Assembly (NCBI GenBank): GCA_009859145.1
Contig: VRVR01000013.1
Coordinates: 144,001 to 392,000, forward strand
From: Andalucia godoyi And28
Taxonomy: Eukaryota > Protista > Jakobida
Reading direction: 5' to 3'
DNA: 248,000 nucleotides
Numbering within the stretch: the first letter of the stretch is position 1; every line of letters starts with the position of its first letter. Under the pieces are notes generated by a model. That model was given only the letters and a program-made list of their open reading frames with translations, ran no database searches and was not told the origin of the DNA. Below, one piece after another: positions 106,099-118,200 of this stretch. Position numbers and translations under genes: made by a program.

Positions 106099-106980
106099 TT
106101 GAAAATGTGCCAACGACGAAGCGCCGTTTCCTCCTGTCGTGGCCTCCTGGATTCTCGTCTGCGTGAGGATTTTTTTCTTTCCCCCCCTTTCCTGTTCGCG
106201 CGCTTTGACTTTCTGGAATCCAGAGTGTTCGAATCATCAATGTCTACTTCCCAAGACCAAAGAGTGTCTGCCACAGACTACCTGTACAAGCATGGCATCC
106301 CCTCTCTTCTGGAGGATCTCACCGCCGATCTAGCCCGTACGAAGCCTGCCGACCCTCTTGGGCACCTCATCGCACTTTTGGAAAATCGCCGAAATCAAGG
106401 CGCTTCTTCAGGTCAGCATACGATTGTGTTTGTTCTAGGAGGTCCGGGATCTGGGAAGGGGACGTTGTGCAGTCGCCTTCTTGACGGCACGTTCCGCACG
106501 AAATTGGTTCATTTGTCTGCAGGGGACCTGCTCAGAGAAGAGCAGAGTCGGCCCGAGTCTCAGTATGGACAGCTGATTCAGTCTTATATTGCAGAAGGCA
106601 AAATTGTTCCCAAAGAAGTCACCATTGGTCTGCTGCAGCGACAGATTGAGCAGCGCAAAGAACCATGCACGTTCCTTATTGATGGATTCCCGCGCGCCAT
106701 GGATCAGGCAGTTGCCTTTGAGGATTCTGTGCAAAAATGCAAGTTCGTGCTGTTTCTTGACTGCGACGAGGCTACCATGGAAGCAAGGTTGCTGAGACGT
106801 GGTGAGACTTCTGGACGCATTGACGACAATGCCGAAACCATTCGAAAGAGGTTTCACACGTACGTTGGACAAACCATGCCGGTGATCGAATATTTTGAAA
106901 GAGATAACCGTGTCCGCAAAGTCTCTGCAACGCAAACCCCCGATCAAGTTTACGCAGCGGTGAAGTCACTTTTTCAGTAA
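106099..106980 (+). CDS. UMP-CMP/adenylate kinase with N-terminal Dpy-30/RIIa-like docking motif
   Basis: GGPGSGKGT, LIDGFPR, RIDDN; YLYKHGIPSLL..KPADPL. Confidence 0.9.
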   Translation: MKMCQRRSAVSSCRGLLDSRLREDFFLSPPFLFARFDFLESRVFESSMSTSQDQRVSATDYLYKHGIPSLLEDLTADLARTKPADPLGHLIALLENRRNQGASSGQHTIVFVLGGPGSGKGTLCSRLLDGTFRTKLVHLSAGDLLREEQSRPESQYGQLIQSYIAEGKIVPKEVTIGLLQRQIEQRKEPCTFLIDGFPRAMDQAVAFEDSVQKCKFVLFLDCDEATMEARLLRRGETSGRIDDNAETIRKRFHTYVGQTMPVIEYFERDNRVRKVSATQTPDQVYAAVKSLFQ

Positions 106981-107238
106981 TGCATGCATTGCCGTTGGAA
107001 CTGCCGGACGCTGGAAAGAAAGAAGGGATGAGACAGACAGACCGACGAAAAGAGAGAGAATGTTTTTTTGAAGTGATGTCTGAAACTGCGATTTGCAATG
107101 CAGGCGTGTCGTTGCCATAAAAGAAAAAGAAGAACGCTTCAATCAGCATGCCTATATTACAAAATATTCTCCAAACAAAACAAAAAAACAAAAAACAAAA
107201 AACGTTGATGATGAAACAATAGAAAAATCACTGGTTGA

Positions 107239-108036
107239 CTAGAGGCGAAACCGTGCTTGAACTTCGCGCATCCATCGAGACATGTCCTGTTTGGCATGCA
107301 CCTCGGATTGGGATTGTGAGCTCAACTCTTTCCAAAACGCTTCTTCTGTAAAGACCTCAGAACCTCGAGGTCGAGGCGCCCATTCCTCGCCAAGATCCAT
107401 GACCTGTTCGTACACACCACGGTACCCGACGGGGACACTGGTTCTCGGAGAAGCACGGTGTCCAAACGCACTCGTGACGGCTGTTGTTGCTGTTGTTGAG
107501 GACGACGATGAAGACGATGAAGACAATGGCACTCCACTCGACGTGGGCCCAGCTGCTGCTAGCGGTTGAGGACTGTGAATGCTGCTGCTGTTGCTGATGC
107601 TGTGAAAATTGCCTGTTTGCGGACTTCCGTTGTTATTGTAGCTTCCATCAAAGTCCGAATGCGTAAATAGCGAGCGCAAGGATCCACTGGACCGCAGAGA
107701 GCCTGCGAAGAAACGAGTCTGGTTTGAATGCGAATGCAACGGCGATCGAAGGCCGCCGTGTTTTCCGGCAATTTGTTTGGATCCACCAGCAAATGTCGAT
107801 TGCACACGAACGTGGACATTAAGATTTGGCGGTTTCCGAGAAGATGATGATACGTGTGGCGGTGGAAGATCCTGGAAATGTACAGACGACGACGGCGTCG
107901 CAGTCACATTGTCAGAAGGCTTCGCGGCGTCGTTGGAGGGCGGACTCGACTCTCCCATTCGAATGGGCTGCAGCGACAAAGATCTCCGAACAGGATCGTC
108001 GCTTTGCAACATTGGAGTCCTCCCAGAAACATACAC
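107239..108036 (-). CDS. Low-complexity hypothetical protein
   Basis: 265-aa Ser-rich ORF. Confidence 0.4.
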   Translation of the reverse strand: MYVSGRTPMLQSDDPVRRSLSLQPIRMGESSPPSNDAAKPSDNVTATPSSSVHFQDLPPPHVSSSSRKPPNLNVHVRVQSTFAGGSKQIAGKHGGLRSPLHSHSNQTRFFAGSLRSSGSLRSLFTHSDFDGSYNNNGSPQTGNFHSISNSSSIHSPQPLAAAGPTSSGVPLSSSSSSSSSTTATTAVTSAFGHRASPRTSVPVGYRGVYEQVMDLGEEWAPRPRGSEVFTEEAFWKELSSQSQSEVHAKQDMSRWMREVQARFRL

Positions 108037-108250
108037 GGAAAAAAATACCGCGTTTGAAAGGATACGCTTTGTTGCTCGTTTTTAAAAAAATAAAAAAATA
108101 CATTAAAATACTGTTTCTGGTTTGTCGGAATCTGTTCGTTTGAGCACTCGGGATTTTGCAAACTTCCCAAACAGACCAAGCAGCTGCCCATTATGGTTGA
108201 CAAATGTCGCAGTATTGATTCACGATTCACGAAATCACAAAGTTCTTCTT

Positions 108251-108970
108251 CGCCTACATTATACACGGAAGATGCATATCCACGAATAGACATGCATATT
108301 CAATCTTGCATCCCGTTGCCGGGAAGGGGATAGGCCCCCAACATGTCTCACGGCGTTCTTCAGATAGATGTTCCGCGCTCCGTTCCCAATCTCGATCAAT
108401 CGGTGAGCCGCTTTCTCAGCGTGACGCGTTGTTCCTGAGAAGGGTGCATTTTTTTGATGCTGACGGCCCTTGCAGCAGGCGCTTTCGTGTCCTCAATTGC
108501 AGCGATTGATGCAACTGGAGATACGAGAGGAAGAGGCGGTAGGAAGACGGTGGGGTTTTGCGACTGCGACTGCGCCTGGTGCGTCGTAGCAGAAAAGCAC
108601 GAGTTCTGCAAGAGACGGTCCCTGAGGCTTCTGCTTGGGGTTGGCTACCGTGAGTGCTGGGATTGGAGATCATCGGGTCTTGGAAGTTCGCCTCTTGGCA
108701 GTGCGGTGCGACTCGGCGGTAGGCGAATGCGTCATCCCAGAGCACCCACGCCCATATTTGAATTAAAAAAGTGAAACCAAAAAACCAAAGCAACGAATGA
108801 TAGAATAGATGGCTATGGATGCTGCCTTAAATCGTGTCGAAAATGCGGAGCCTGTGCCACCGGCTGAATTTTGGCCGAGCGTGTGTAAGCACGAATTCCT
108901 GTGAAAACAAACGTGCTAGTGTCGGCCGATGCTTCCGTGTGCATGACAATGACGTGTTATTATTATTCAG
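108251..108970 (-). mobile_element. Family A1 copy 2
   Basis: Same HTH/RuvC-III deletion junction as copy 1; hairpin; CCG left, GGCG right. Confidence 0.8.
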
Positions 108971-109212
108971 CGGCTTCAAGTTTGGGGCTTCAAGGAGCCG
109001 GACCGAGTTCCTCAAGTGAACAATAATTAAAAAAGCAATACAATAGGTGTTGGATTGATTTTTTTTGGGCATCTTGCTGTTCATCTGGAGAAACGTTCAG
109101 CATAGGCCAGGATCCTCAGTTTTCAAACGGAGGACTTATCGTTTGGGTTTTTATTTATTTGCTTGTGCTGCGGTGTTCTCGGAATATCAGCTGAATCAAA
109201 AAAGCTTCGGGA

Positions 109213-112200
109213 ATGTCTTCCGGACCGATCATCGCGGTTGCTCGAAAGATCGACATGAAACTGACGCTTTGCAGCGACAATGACTTCGAAACCGAACTCG
109301 CAAATGCCATGCCAAAGCTGTTTGTCTTTGCAGGCAATTCTTCAGAGGAAGTTCTGAAGACTGTAACTGAAGTATTTTCGCATATCAACGTCAGATTCAA
109401 AGCACTCGAGTTTGTCCGCTTACCATTTCAGCAGATCTTGACGTATCTTGTCAAGACGGATGCAACATCCTTGCAGCGTCGTTTTGCAATTGTATACTGG
109501 AGGCTTGCAACACAGAGAATGTTGGAAACTGACGCAACATTGGCGTTTCAATTTTGCGTGGAGCACTACTCCGAGTTTGACGCATCCGCATTGGAGGAAA
109601 TCCATTCGTTCATGTTTTCTCATTTTGGTTCTATTCCGGACGTTAGGCAGATTCCGCAAGCTTCTTGGATGTTCTTTGTTTCTGCTATGCTATCTCCCGG
109701 TGTAGGAGATCTGGATAAAGTCAAGCTTCTTGTGTCAGTGCAGAATTCGCTTTCTCCACCGCAGGATTCTGAATCGACAGCCGTATCTGATTTTGCATAC
109801 TTGATTGTGTTTGTCGCCGCCTACGCTCACAATGACAAGGTTTCTCACGCTGCGTCTCCCACATGGAAAGGGCTTCAGACACAGGATATTTCAAATCGAC
109901 CAGCACTCCTTTCTTTTTTGTTTGTGCTCTGGTTTCACCAGATGGAACTGAGAAAATCAGCAAATCTCGATTTGCTGGTGGCAATCATATACAGGCTGCA
110001 CAAAGCAGGACGTGCATCAATGAGTTTGAAAGATGGTCTTCTTGCTTTCCAGTTGGTGACCAGAGGCATTTTCGAAGTCCAAGTTTTCCCCAAGCTGATC
110101 GATGCTGTTTTTTCCTTTGCGGATCAGTTTTGCAATAGTCTGGAATCCCCCATCAGCGCAGTTACCTTTTCCCGCCTTTCGCTAATGCGGGCCATGATCT
110201 TGCGGCTAATTGATGGAAGGGAATACGAAATGAACGAAGATGCACTCCAGGAAACTGGCCTCTCGGCATCGCAGGTATCTGCATTGCACCGTGTGAGTAG
110301 CATTTCTCTGCGATCCGTTCTGTATGTTCTTTTAGGAAAAGTCATTGCACGACTTCCGTTTGATATCGACAATCTTGGCTTCTTCTTCGAGGCCTCTAAA
110401 CACGAACCCTCCTCGTTGTATTTGTCGCTGCAGGAGGCTTTTAGTTGGTCATTGTCAAAGTCGGAGCAGTTTTCCTCAGATGCAACGACTCGCTTTTTGG
110501 CTTCGTTACCAAATGCACCGCAATCGAGATTCGTCCTGCAAGCTGTCAACAGGTTTTTTCCTTTTGAGAATGTCAAAGCCAGGTTCCTCAACTGCGTTGC
110601 TGCAGAGGCAGACAAGGAAGAAGCGTTCCGAGGTCTCGACCCTGCTAATTTCTCGCGTTCTGGCGGTATCTATCCATCGTTTTCTGCCTTCATTTCGCAT
110701 GTAAGAGATGCTTTTCAGACCTCTGTAGATCCATTCTCCCTGGGCGATGAACAGCGGCTGAAGATATGCCTGTTTTCGTGGAAGTGTCTTGCATCACAGT
110801 GCAAAGGCATTCTAGTGTCTGTTGTTCCGTCTCCAGAGTTGAATTATTTTGCGGGTCTTCTCTTGGAATCCTTGAAGTTGGATGCTCGATTTATCATAAT
110901 GTTGACGCTGTTGGCGCAGTGCAAGTTGCTTCCTCTGCCGTTTGCCATCCAACAGGAAGAGATTGACAGCATTCTGTCACTGCTTGTTGCTTCGGATGAG
111001 ACGAATGCGCATTTGTACGCGTCGCTTCTTCACGTTCTCCATGGAGAAAATCTGGTGCAAGTTTCCTTCTGGTCGGCATTGTATTTGCAGTATGAGGACA
111101 TGTTTTTGCACAACAGGCGCCCTGCCGCCACCGTTTTAGTTGCTCTGATGGCACTTTCTGTTTGCGCCACGTCGCCTGAGTCCTCTCATGTCCTGCGTGC
111201 GATCGAAGCTGGTCTCTGTCATCGATCAGACGGTTCTCCAATTCCTGTCGAGATGAGTCATTTGCAGAAAGTGCTGGCTGCAAAGGTCACTGCTGACACG
111301 AATTGCTATCGATCTGCTTTGCTGGCGTGCTATGATGTCTATCGACTGCACAATTTCTACGTGCCGTCCCATCGTGTGTCCACGGCTTTGCTGGAATTAT
111401 CGAAAGATATTCGCTACACGCTTCCGTATGTAGTTCTCTGCCAAGGATTGGCAAATGCCGTTACAAGCGGAGAACACAATGTCCTTGGTGTGTTTCGATC
111501 TTCCGCCTTGCTGTGTAATTCAAAGAGGGACGACATCCCCATCTTGTCTCGTTCTTTGTGTGTCGCTGCCGGTGGCCCCGCCTGTTCCTTGTACGATGTT
111601 GATCTTACGTACGTTCCGCACAATCGCTCCGATTCTGACAATCTTTCATTCGACGTCAGTGACACAGTGGACATCAAACGTGGTGTTCTGAGTGCAGAGA
111701 CTCCATGCATGCCGTTGTTCGTGGAGATGATATCCGAGCAGTTCAGCCAAGATCCGCGACCCTTCATGCGTATGAATGCAGCCGTCCTGTTATCCGATCT
111801 TCTTGAATTCTGTGCTTCGTGCCCCTCCGTAGCGTCCAATTTACTCAGATTTCAACGCATTTTCTTGAGTTTGACCGACCGGAATGCCAAATCGGATACG
111901 GACGATACTGTCGGAGACACTTGTTCGTACGGTCTCTCTTTGGTGTATAGGAACGGAGACACCGTAGTTCGGAAGAAGTTGGTGGACGATTTGATGGAAC
112001 GACTGACGGGATCCAACCGAGCAGCGAGCAGTCTTGTGGTGGAGGAGGACTCGCAGATCATTCCTGGACAGATGCTGGGCAAGGATCCTGGAACTGGGAA
112101 AAATTTATCGACGTACAGAGACCTGTGCGCGGCAGCCTCTGATATTGGCCGCCCAGATCTGATTTACCAGTTTTTAGCCCTCACATCTCATCACAAGAAG

Positions 112201-114476
112201 TTCAAATCTACAGAAAGCGCAGCGTCGACTGTTCTGATGTTGTTTTCCTTCGGAGATGCAGACGTCAGGAAAGAGTTCTTGCCCCTACTTCCACGCATTT
112301 TCCGGTATCGATTTGATCCGAATCCCAAAATCAGTGAGATCATGTCGGCAATTTGGACCGCTCTTGTGGAAGACGAAAATGTTTTCTGGTCTTCGAAGGC
112401 GAATGTTACCGCAGTGTCTGCGGACTTGTTGTCCAATGCAAAATCTACAATTTGGAGAGTACGAGAGGCTGTCATGGGCGGAGTGGAGGATATTGTTCGC
112501 TGCGTCGTGGACTTTGACTGCATGTCTCCGTTCATTCAAGACATGTTTTCGTTTTCGTTGATTCTGATGGATGACATCAAGGAGTCTGTTCGCAAAGCTG
112601 CCACGAAGGCGGCGATGTCGGTCTCCTCTGCCATCGTTCGATATTGCGCAAATTTCCCCTCTGCTCCCAGCGTTTGCATTCCTTTTCTCATTGATAACAT
112701 GAAATTCGATCTCGCGAAAGCAACTCTTGATAAGGTGGTAGTGCAGAGTTCCACAAAGAACCCTCAGCTGTTGCGTCCATTTGCGGTTCCAATCGTTACA
112801 CTGATGTTAGAATCGCTGTCTGTCGAAGAAAATTCCAAGCTGAACTATGCCCAGTTCCATGCAGAGTCCATGTTGAATGTTTCAAAAGAAGAAATGGAGA
112901 ACATGCGGCTGGAGATGTCACGGCATTCGCAACCTCAGCGAATCATTGACTCACTTTATCCCTTACTGGACGATGCCGCTGTTTCAGAATTGTGCGTCAA
113001 GATATGCGATATTGTGCGTGCGGGTGTGGGCCTTGTTTCTCGAGTCGCTGCTTCTCGACTCACGTCTCAGTTTGTCAAGTTTTTCCCAGGAGCAGTTCGC
113101 GAATCCGGCCCTGCAAAATTGGTTCGAGCTTTTACTGGTGTATGGTATTTCAAATAATTTCTTCTGTCTGCCCCTTCCAATCTGTTGAGAGGCTATTTCT
113201 CTTCTTTTATTTCATATTTCACTCCTACGTCTGTTGCTAATTTACAATGTTCTTGCAATTTGGTGGTGCTTAGGCTTTGAGCGTGGATTCTAGCAAGACT
113301 GCTCAGCGATACTACATAATGAGTATTGTGTCTTTGTTGAAAGTTTCGTCTTCTAAAACGGTGGAGAAGACGGTGCACTCTTTTGAGGATAAACTCTTCG
113401 CGACATCCGAGTCGTCCAGTGATTCTCGGGAGCAAGTAGCGGTATTCGTTGCAAACGTATTTTCTCAAAAATGCTCTGCAGTTCTTGACAGGTATCGTAG
113501 CGAATTCATTGCGCTCTCTTTCATTGGGAAACAGGATACGGGGATTGACGGCGAGAAATCCTCCGCATACTTTTCGCATGTCTGGGATGAGAACATTGAG
113601 AATCCAGGCTCCGGAGTTCGCATTTACCTGACCGACATTCTTTCCTGGGCATCGAGGTTTCTAGGCGATTCTGGAGACTGGGTCATGAAAAAATGCTGCG
113701 GCAAAGCTCTTGTGCAAGCCATTGGCTATGGAAAATCGGATGTTGCGTCAATGCTGGACAACATTCTGGAAGTTCTCAGAAAGGCCCTTTCCGGGGCGCA
113801 GTGGGAGGGGCGGCACGTTTTGATTGAAGTATTGGATGCAGTCTTAACTGCTGTGCTGCCTTGGGGGGCTCCGAATGACGAATTGGCGTGGAGACAATTT
113901 GCATCACCTCCTTCCGAAATTCTTACTTCGATCTTCAACATTCTCGTTCCTGTAGTGCAAAGGAAGCATACCGTGTTGTTGATCCACGTTTTCAAGACCC
114001 TTGAGCATCTTTTGGAGCGCTATGGCCATTTGTTTATGTCTGATGAACGCATTAATGCGTTCTTCGACGCATGCGAGAGTAACAGCAAAATTCGGCTTTT
114101 GATTTTGACTGACACAACGGCAGTCAACGTGGAAGGCGAGTCTGAAATCTCGCAGCTGAAAACGCACGATCGGATATTACTGACAAACCTTGTGATTCGA
114201 TGTTTGTTTCTTGCTCATCGGGTCGATCCGAAGGCGGCATTTCAAAGCGAATTCTTTGTCCAGTGTCTTCGTTGTTTGCTGAGCCCTGCGACGACACTTT
114301 CATCTCGACGGACCGCTCTGCTGTTGCTGTCTGCTGTTGACGTTGTCAAAGCCATTTCCGATTCGGAGATTAAGGGCATGTTGTGCGTTCTGTTGGAGAA
114401 TCTTGTTGCCGCAAATGTGGACGTTGACATTGCACAGCAATTGCTGTCTTCTCTGTGCCCTTCCAGCATGCAGTAA
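109213..114476 (+). CDS. ECM29: Proteasome adaptor Ecm29 (two exons)
   Basis: STYRDLCAAASDIGRPDLIYQFL, RYRFDPNPKI, WRVREA; intron about 113150-113275. Confidence 0.8.
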
Positions 114477-114752
114477 TGTAAAAACGCTTACTTTCTCTCA
114501 CCCGCTTCTGCCACCACCGCAGCGGTGTAAGAAGAATTTGTGCAGAGTACGTCTGGCACCATCGTGATAGCACCCAGTAACAATCTGTTTTCGCACACCC
114601 GAGTCTCGAGTCTGGAGACATCCCGCATCCGTCATCTTTTATGCTTGGGTGAAAGAATCGAAAATCGAGGCACTTTCCCCAGAGCAATCCGGCTGTCTAA
114701 AAACAAACAAACAAACAACAGCAACAACAACAACAAAACCATCCTTCTACCG

Positions 114753-115154
114753 CTCGCCAAAACATGCATCATTATTGATCATCATCGGCTAAGCTGTCAC
114801 CGAAGACAGATCCAAGCCACATGTTTTTGTTTTTGCTTTTTATTTGGGAGAACACCAACTCTTTAATGCAGATTGCTCTGCACCAAAGGGTCATCGCAAC
114901 CACGAGTTCCTTGGGTTCTCGGTATCTTCGGGCATGGCCGGTTTGAGTTTTTTGGGAAGATTCCCCTTTGGAACCATGCGATGTTTTCTGTCTTTGATGA
115001 AAGGTGCTGCTTGAGGGTTCGATTATAAAACACAAACAAACAGAAAACAAATAGAAAGAATAAAACGTGAAGAATGAAAGAAGTACTAGACTTGACTACG
115101 GTAAGAAAATCGTAGTGTTTGCTGTTCCGCGTTGATACACAAAGCTGTCAGCCG
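114753..115154 (+). mobile_element. Family C copy 5
   Basis: CCG then ctcgccaaaa..aagctgtcagccg. Confidence 0.75.
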
Positions 115155-115283
115155 TAGTCCACGCAACGGACGTTATTTCTTTCTTCTCTTTTGCTTTCTT
115201 GGTTCGCAAATATGAACAGCATATGTGTTTGGGTGTTTGTTTGTTCTATTTATTAATTTGATTTAGCTTAATTTTTTTTTGTT

Positions 115284-118200
115284 TTGCAAAGCCATTCCCC
115301 CATCTCTCTCTTTCTCTCACAGCATCCTTCTTCAATTCACGGGGGCATATTTATCAGTGTGGAGAAAATGGAAGATCTTCGCAAGGAAGCGCTTGTGCGG
115401 AAGTATGCACAGCTGTGGCGTCGAAACGTCATGAAGAAGCTAGGAAAGCTCCCGGCACAAGCTCTTAATCCCTTTCGAAGCAATAAGGAAGCCTCTGCGT
115501 TTTCGTTTCTTGATTTCTTGCAATCACAAGCTTCCAAATCTGCGGATCAGAGGCCGATGCCCACTATCCAAGGATATCTGGAGCGTGCATTCGGAGGAGC
115601 TTTTAAGTCATTCAAAAGAAGGCTGGTTCGTATTGGTCTCGATCCAGATAAGAAACGGCTAGAGATTATTCGGGATGACGCCAAAGTTGTTAAAGTTGAA
115701 AAAGCGTACATAATGGATGCCGCGGTTGTTTCAGATGTTGCTTCCAACAAGTATAAAGGCCACCCTTTGGTAGTGTCAGTGACGTTTGCGCAAGGGAACG
115801 AGAAGGTCTACCTGGCATTTGAAGGCATCGAAGAAAAGAGAAATTGGTTTCGAGTCCTGAAGCTTTATTCAAAACAAGGAAACCTTACGCATCCTTTGAT
115901 TGATATATCCGAGGAGGAAATTACAGAGTTTGCGTGCGCGGATATGGATCCTTTGGCCGATGATACACAGTTCGTGGCGCCTGACGATGCTTCGCTGATT
116001 TCTCCAACCTCGCAATATTCAATGTCATCCAATAATGTTCCCTTTTCTCCCGGTCCACCGTCGAATACGTCGCAAGTGCAGAATAAGGAGACCAAGCAAC
116101 TAGGAAAGGCCTCAGCAACACCAGAAGAAATTGTTCGAAATTATCATTCCGAGTTCTGGAGCGTTTTCGACCGCCCGGAATCCAGTTTCAGAGATTCTGT
116201 TTCCAAAGGCCTCGAACTCAATGAAATTATGGGGGCGTTTGTTGCTTACGCGACAAGACTGTGTGAGATGCTTGTAGATCAGCTCTGTGTTCCTGAAACC
116301 GCACGAGAGTTTCCTCGGTACATGACGGCTTTTCCTGGAGAATCCGACGATTCTATATATGACATCATGGACACACGCACCGGTGTGGTTATACGATTTG
116401 ACCCCGGTGATGTCCTTTTGAAGAGTGCAGATTCTCTGCTGCCTTACGAACTGTCTTCTAGGTTGATGGGTATGGAGATCCGATCCAACACTGCTTTTCT
116501 GCATGCCATGAAACCCGGAACACCACTGCGAGTGCCCCTTCTTTGTCTTGTGGACTTCAAGGGCCATCGTTGCATGTGTACTGCCGGGTCCCCTTTCAAT
116601 CCAGAAACAAACATGGTGTACGGGTTCATGGAAGATCAAACGTACGTCTCCAAAGCAGAGCCGCGATACCTGATGCGCGTCTTATGCAAGAAAATCAATC
116701 TTGCGCGGCATTTTGTGTTCCTTGATCCTGAAAGACCAACGAAAATCTGTACGAGTATTGAGACGCAAGTGTTCATCGGACAGGATGGCAAGTATTATCT
116801 TGTGCATGCGGGGCGATGCTACCCACCGGACGCGTCCTACCCTCTTGTTGATGGGGGTGATCCGTCAAATGTTTCGCCGCAACGTAATGGCCTGGTGCAC
116901 ACTCGCGTTCTGCGTCCAGAATTGGTGTCATCTTTCCAGAACCCATTGTCATCGGATGCATTTCGCAATGTCGGTGGTGACGCGCCTGATCGAGTGGAGA
117001 TGAACACACGTGTGCGACAGGCATCGCTGTTCCTGCACGATGTGGTCATCGCGAATTTCATCACGTGCCTTGACGATTCGAGCACCGTGGATGAGTGGTC
117101 CCTGGGTGCTCTTGGAATGACAGCCTCCAACGAGAAGGCCTTTTCTTTTTCTCCAGTGGACGTGTACGACGGTGCAATCTTGACAAAACGTATGCACGAA
117201 GCGGGTATCAATATGCGGTATCTCGGCTTGATTGCGAAGCGGACCAAATTACCTCATATTCGACAAATTGCAGAAATCGAAATGATCTCCAGGGTTCTCA
117301 AGCGCGAGCACAGTCGGCTACTGCGAGAGCTGGTTACTGTGCGTGCTGCGGAGTTTTATGATTTCGGAGCATCAGACTTTGATGCTCAGTTCTACGGCAC
117401 TCCACAACAACGAGTTCACGAGGAACTGATTTCAGCGACCGTCGATTTCTTCAATCTCGTCTTGGGGAATTCTATGGAAACGGTGCCTTATTGGACTGAC
117501 CAAATTGTGAAGTTTGTCCAGCGGAAGTTCAACTATACCATCAGCAAGCCCGCTGAGATCTATACTTATGCATTGTTCTTGTCTCTGCAAAGGCAGCTCG
117601 GAGTGCTGTTTGTTGCAAAGGCGTCATATGACTTTTCGGCTTCCTTTGATCCTGTTGTCCAATCGGATTTCGTCAAGTTTGTATCCCGCGTCAAGTACAT
117701 GAATCACGGAGCTCTGTTTGTGGATCGACTGAAATCGAAGCTTCCGTATTATTTGCAAGAATCTCGTTTTAACGAGGCCTTGCAGGTGTACAACATTGCA
117801 CTTTCAAACGTCCGTCAAATGGAAGGATTGGCGTCTGTCGACAGCGCTCTTCTTCTCAATGACATTTCTCGCGTGCTGTTCTTGTACGGCTTTCCGGATG
117901 TTGGATTCTCGTTTCTGCGCTTGTCTTTAGGTCTTTTGCGGAAGTGCAATGCTCATCTCTCTCTGCATACAATTCTGTTGTTTTGCACTGCCGGACGAAT
118001 GCATCAGAATATCCATTTCCTATCTGTGGATCATTGCATTTCGTTTTCGCTGAAATTGGTCCAGCTTTGTAGTGGATTCGAGCTGTTCCCCTTGATGATC
118101 AAGTTGTATTTGTGCATTGTTCAAGGAGATCCCGCGAATCGGCTTGGTAGAAACTTTGAATATCTTCGAGCAGCTCTGAAGGTGTCGGAGACTTGTCTGG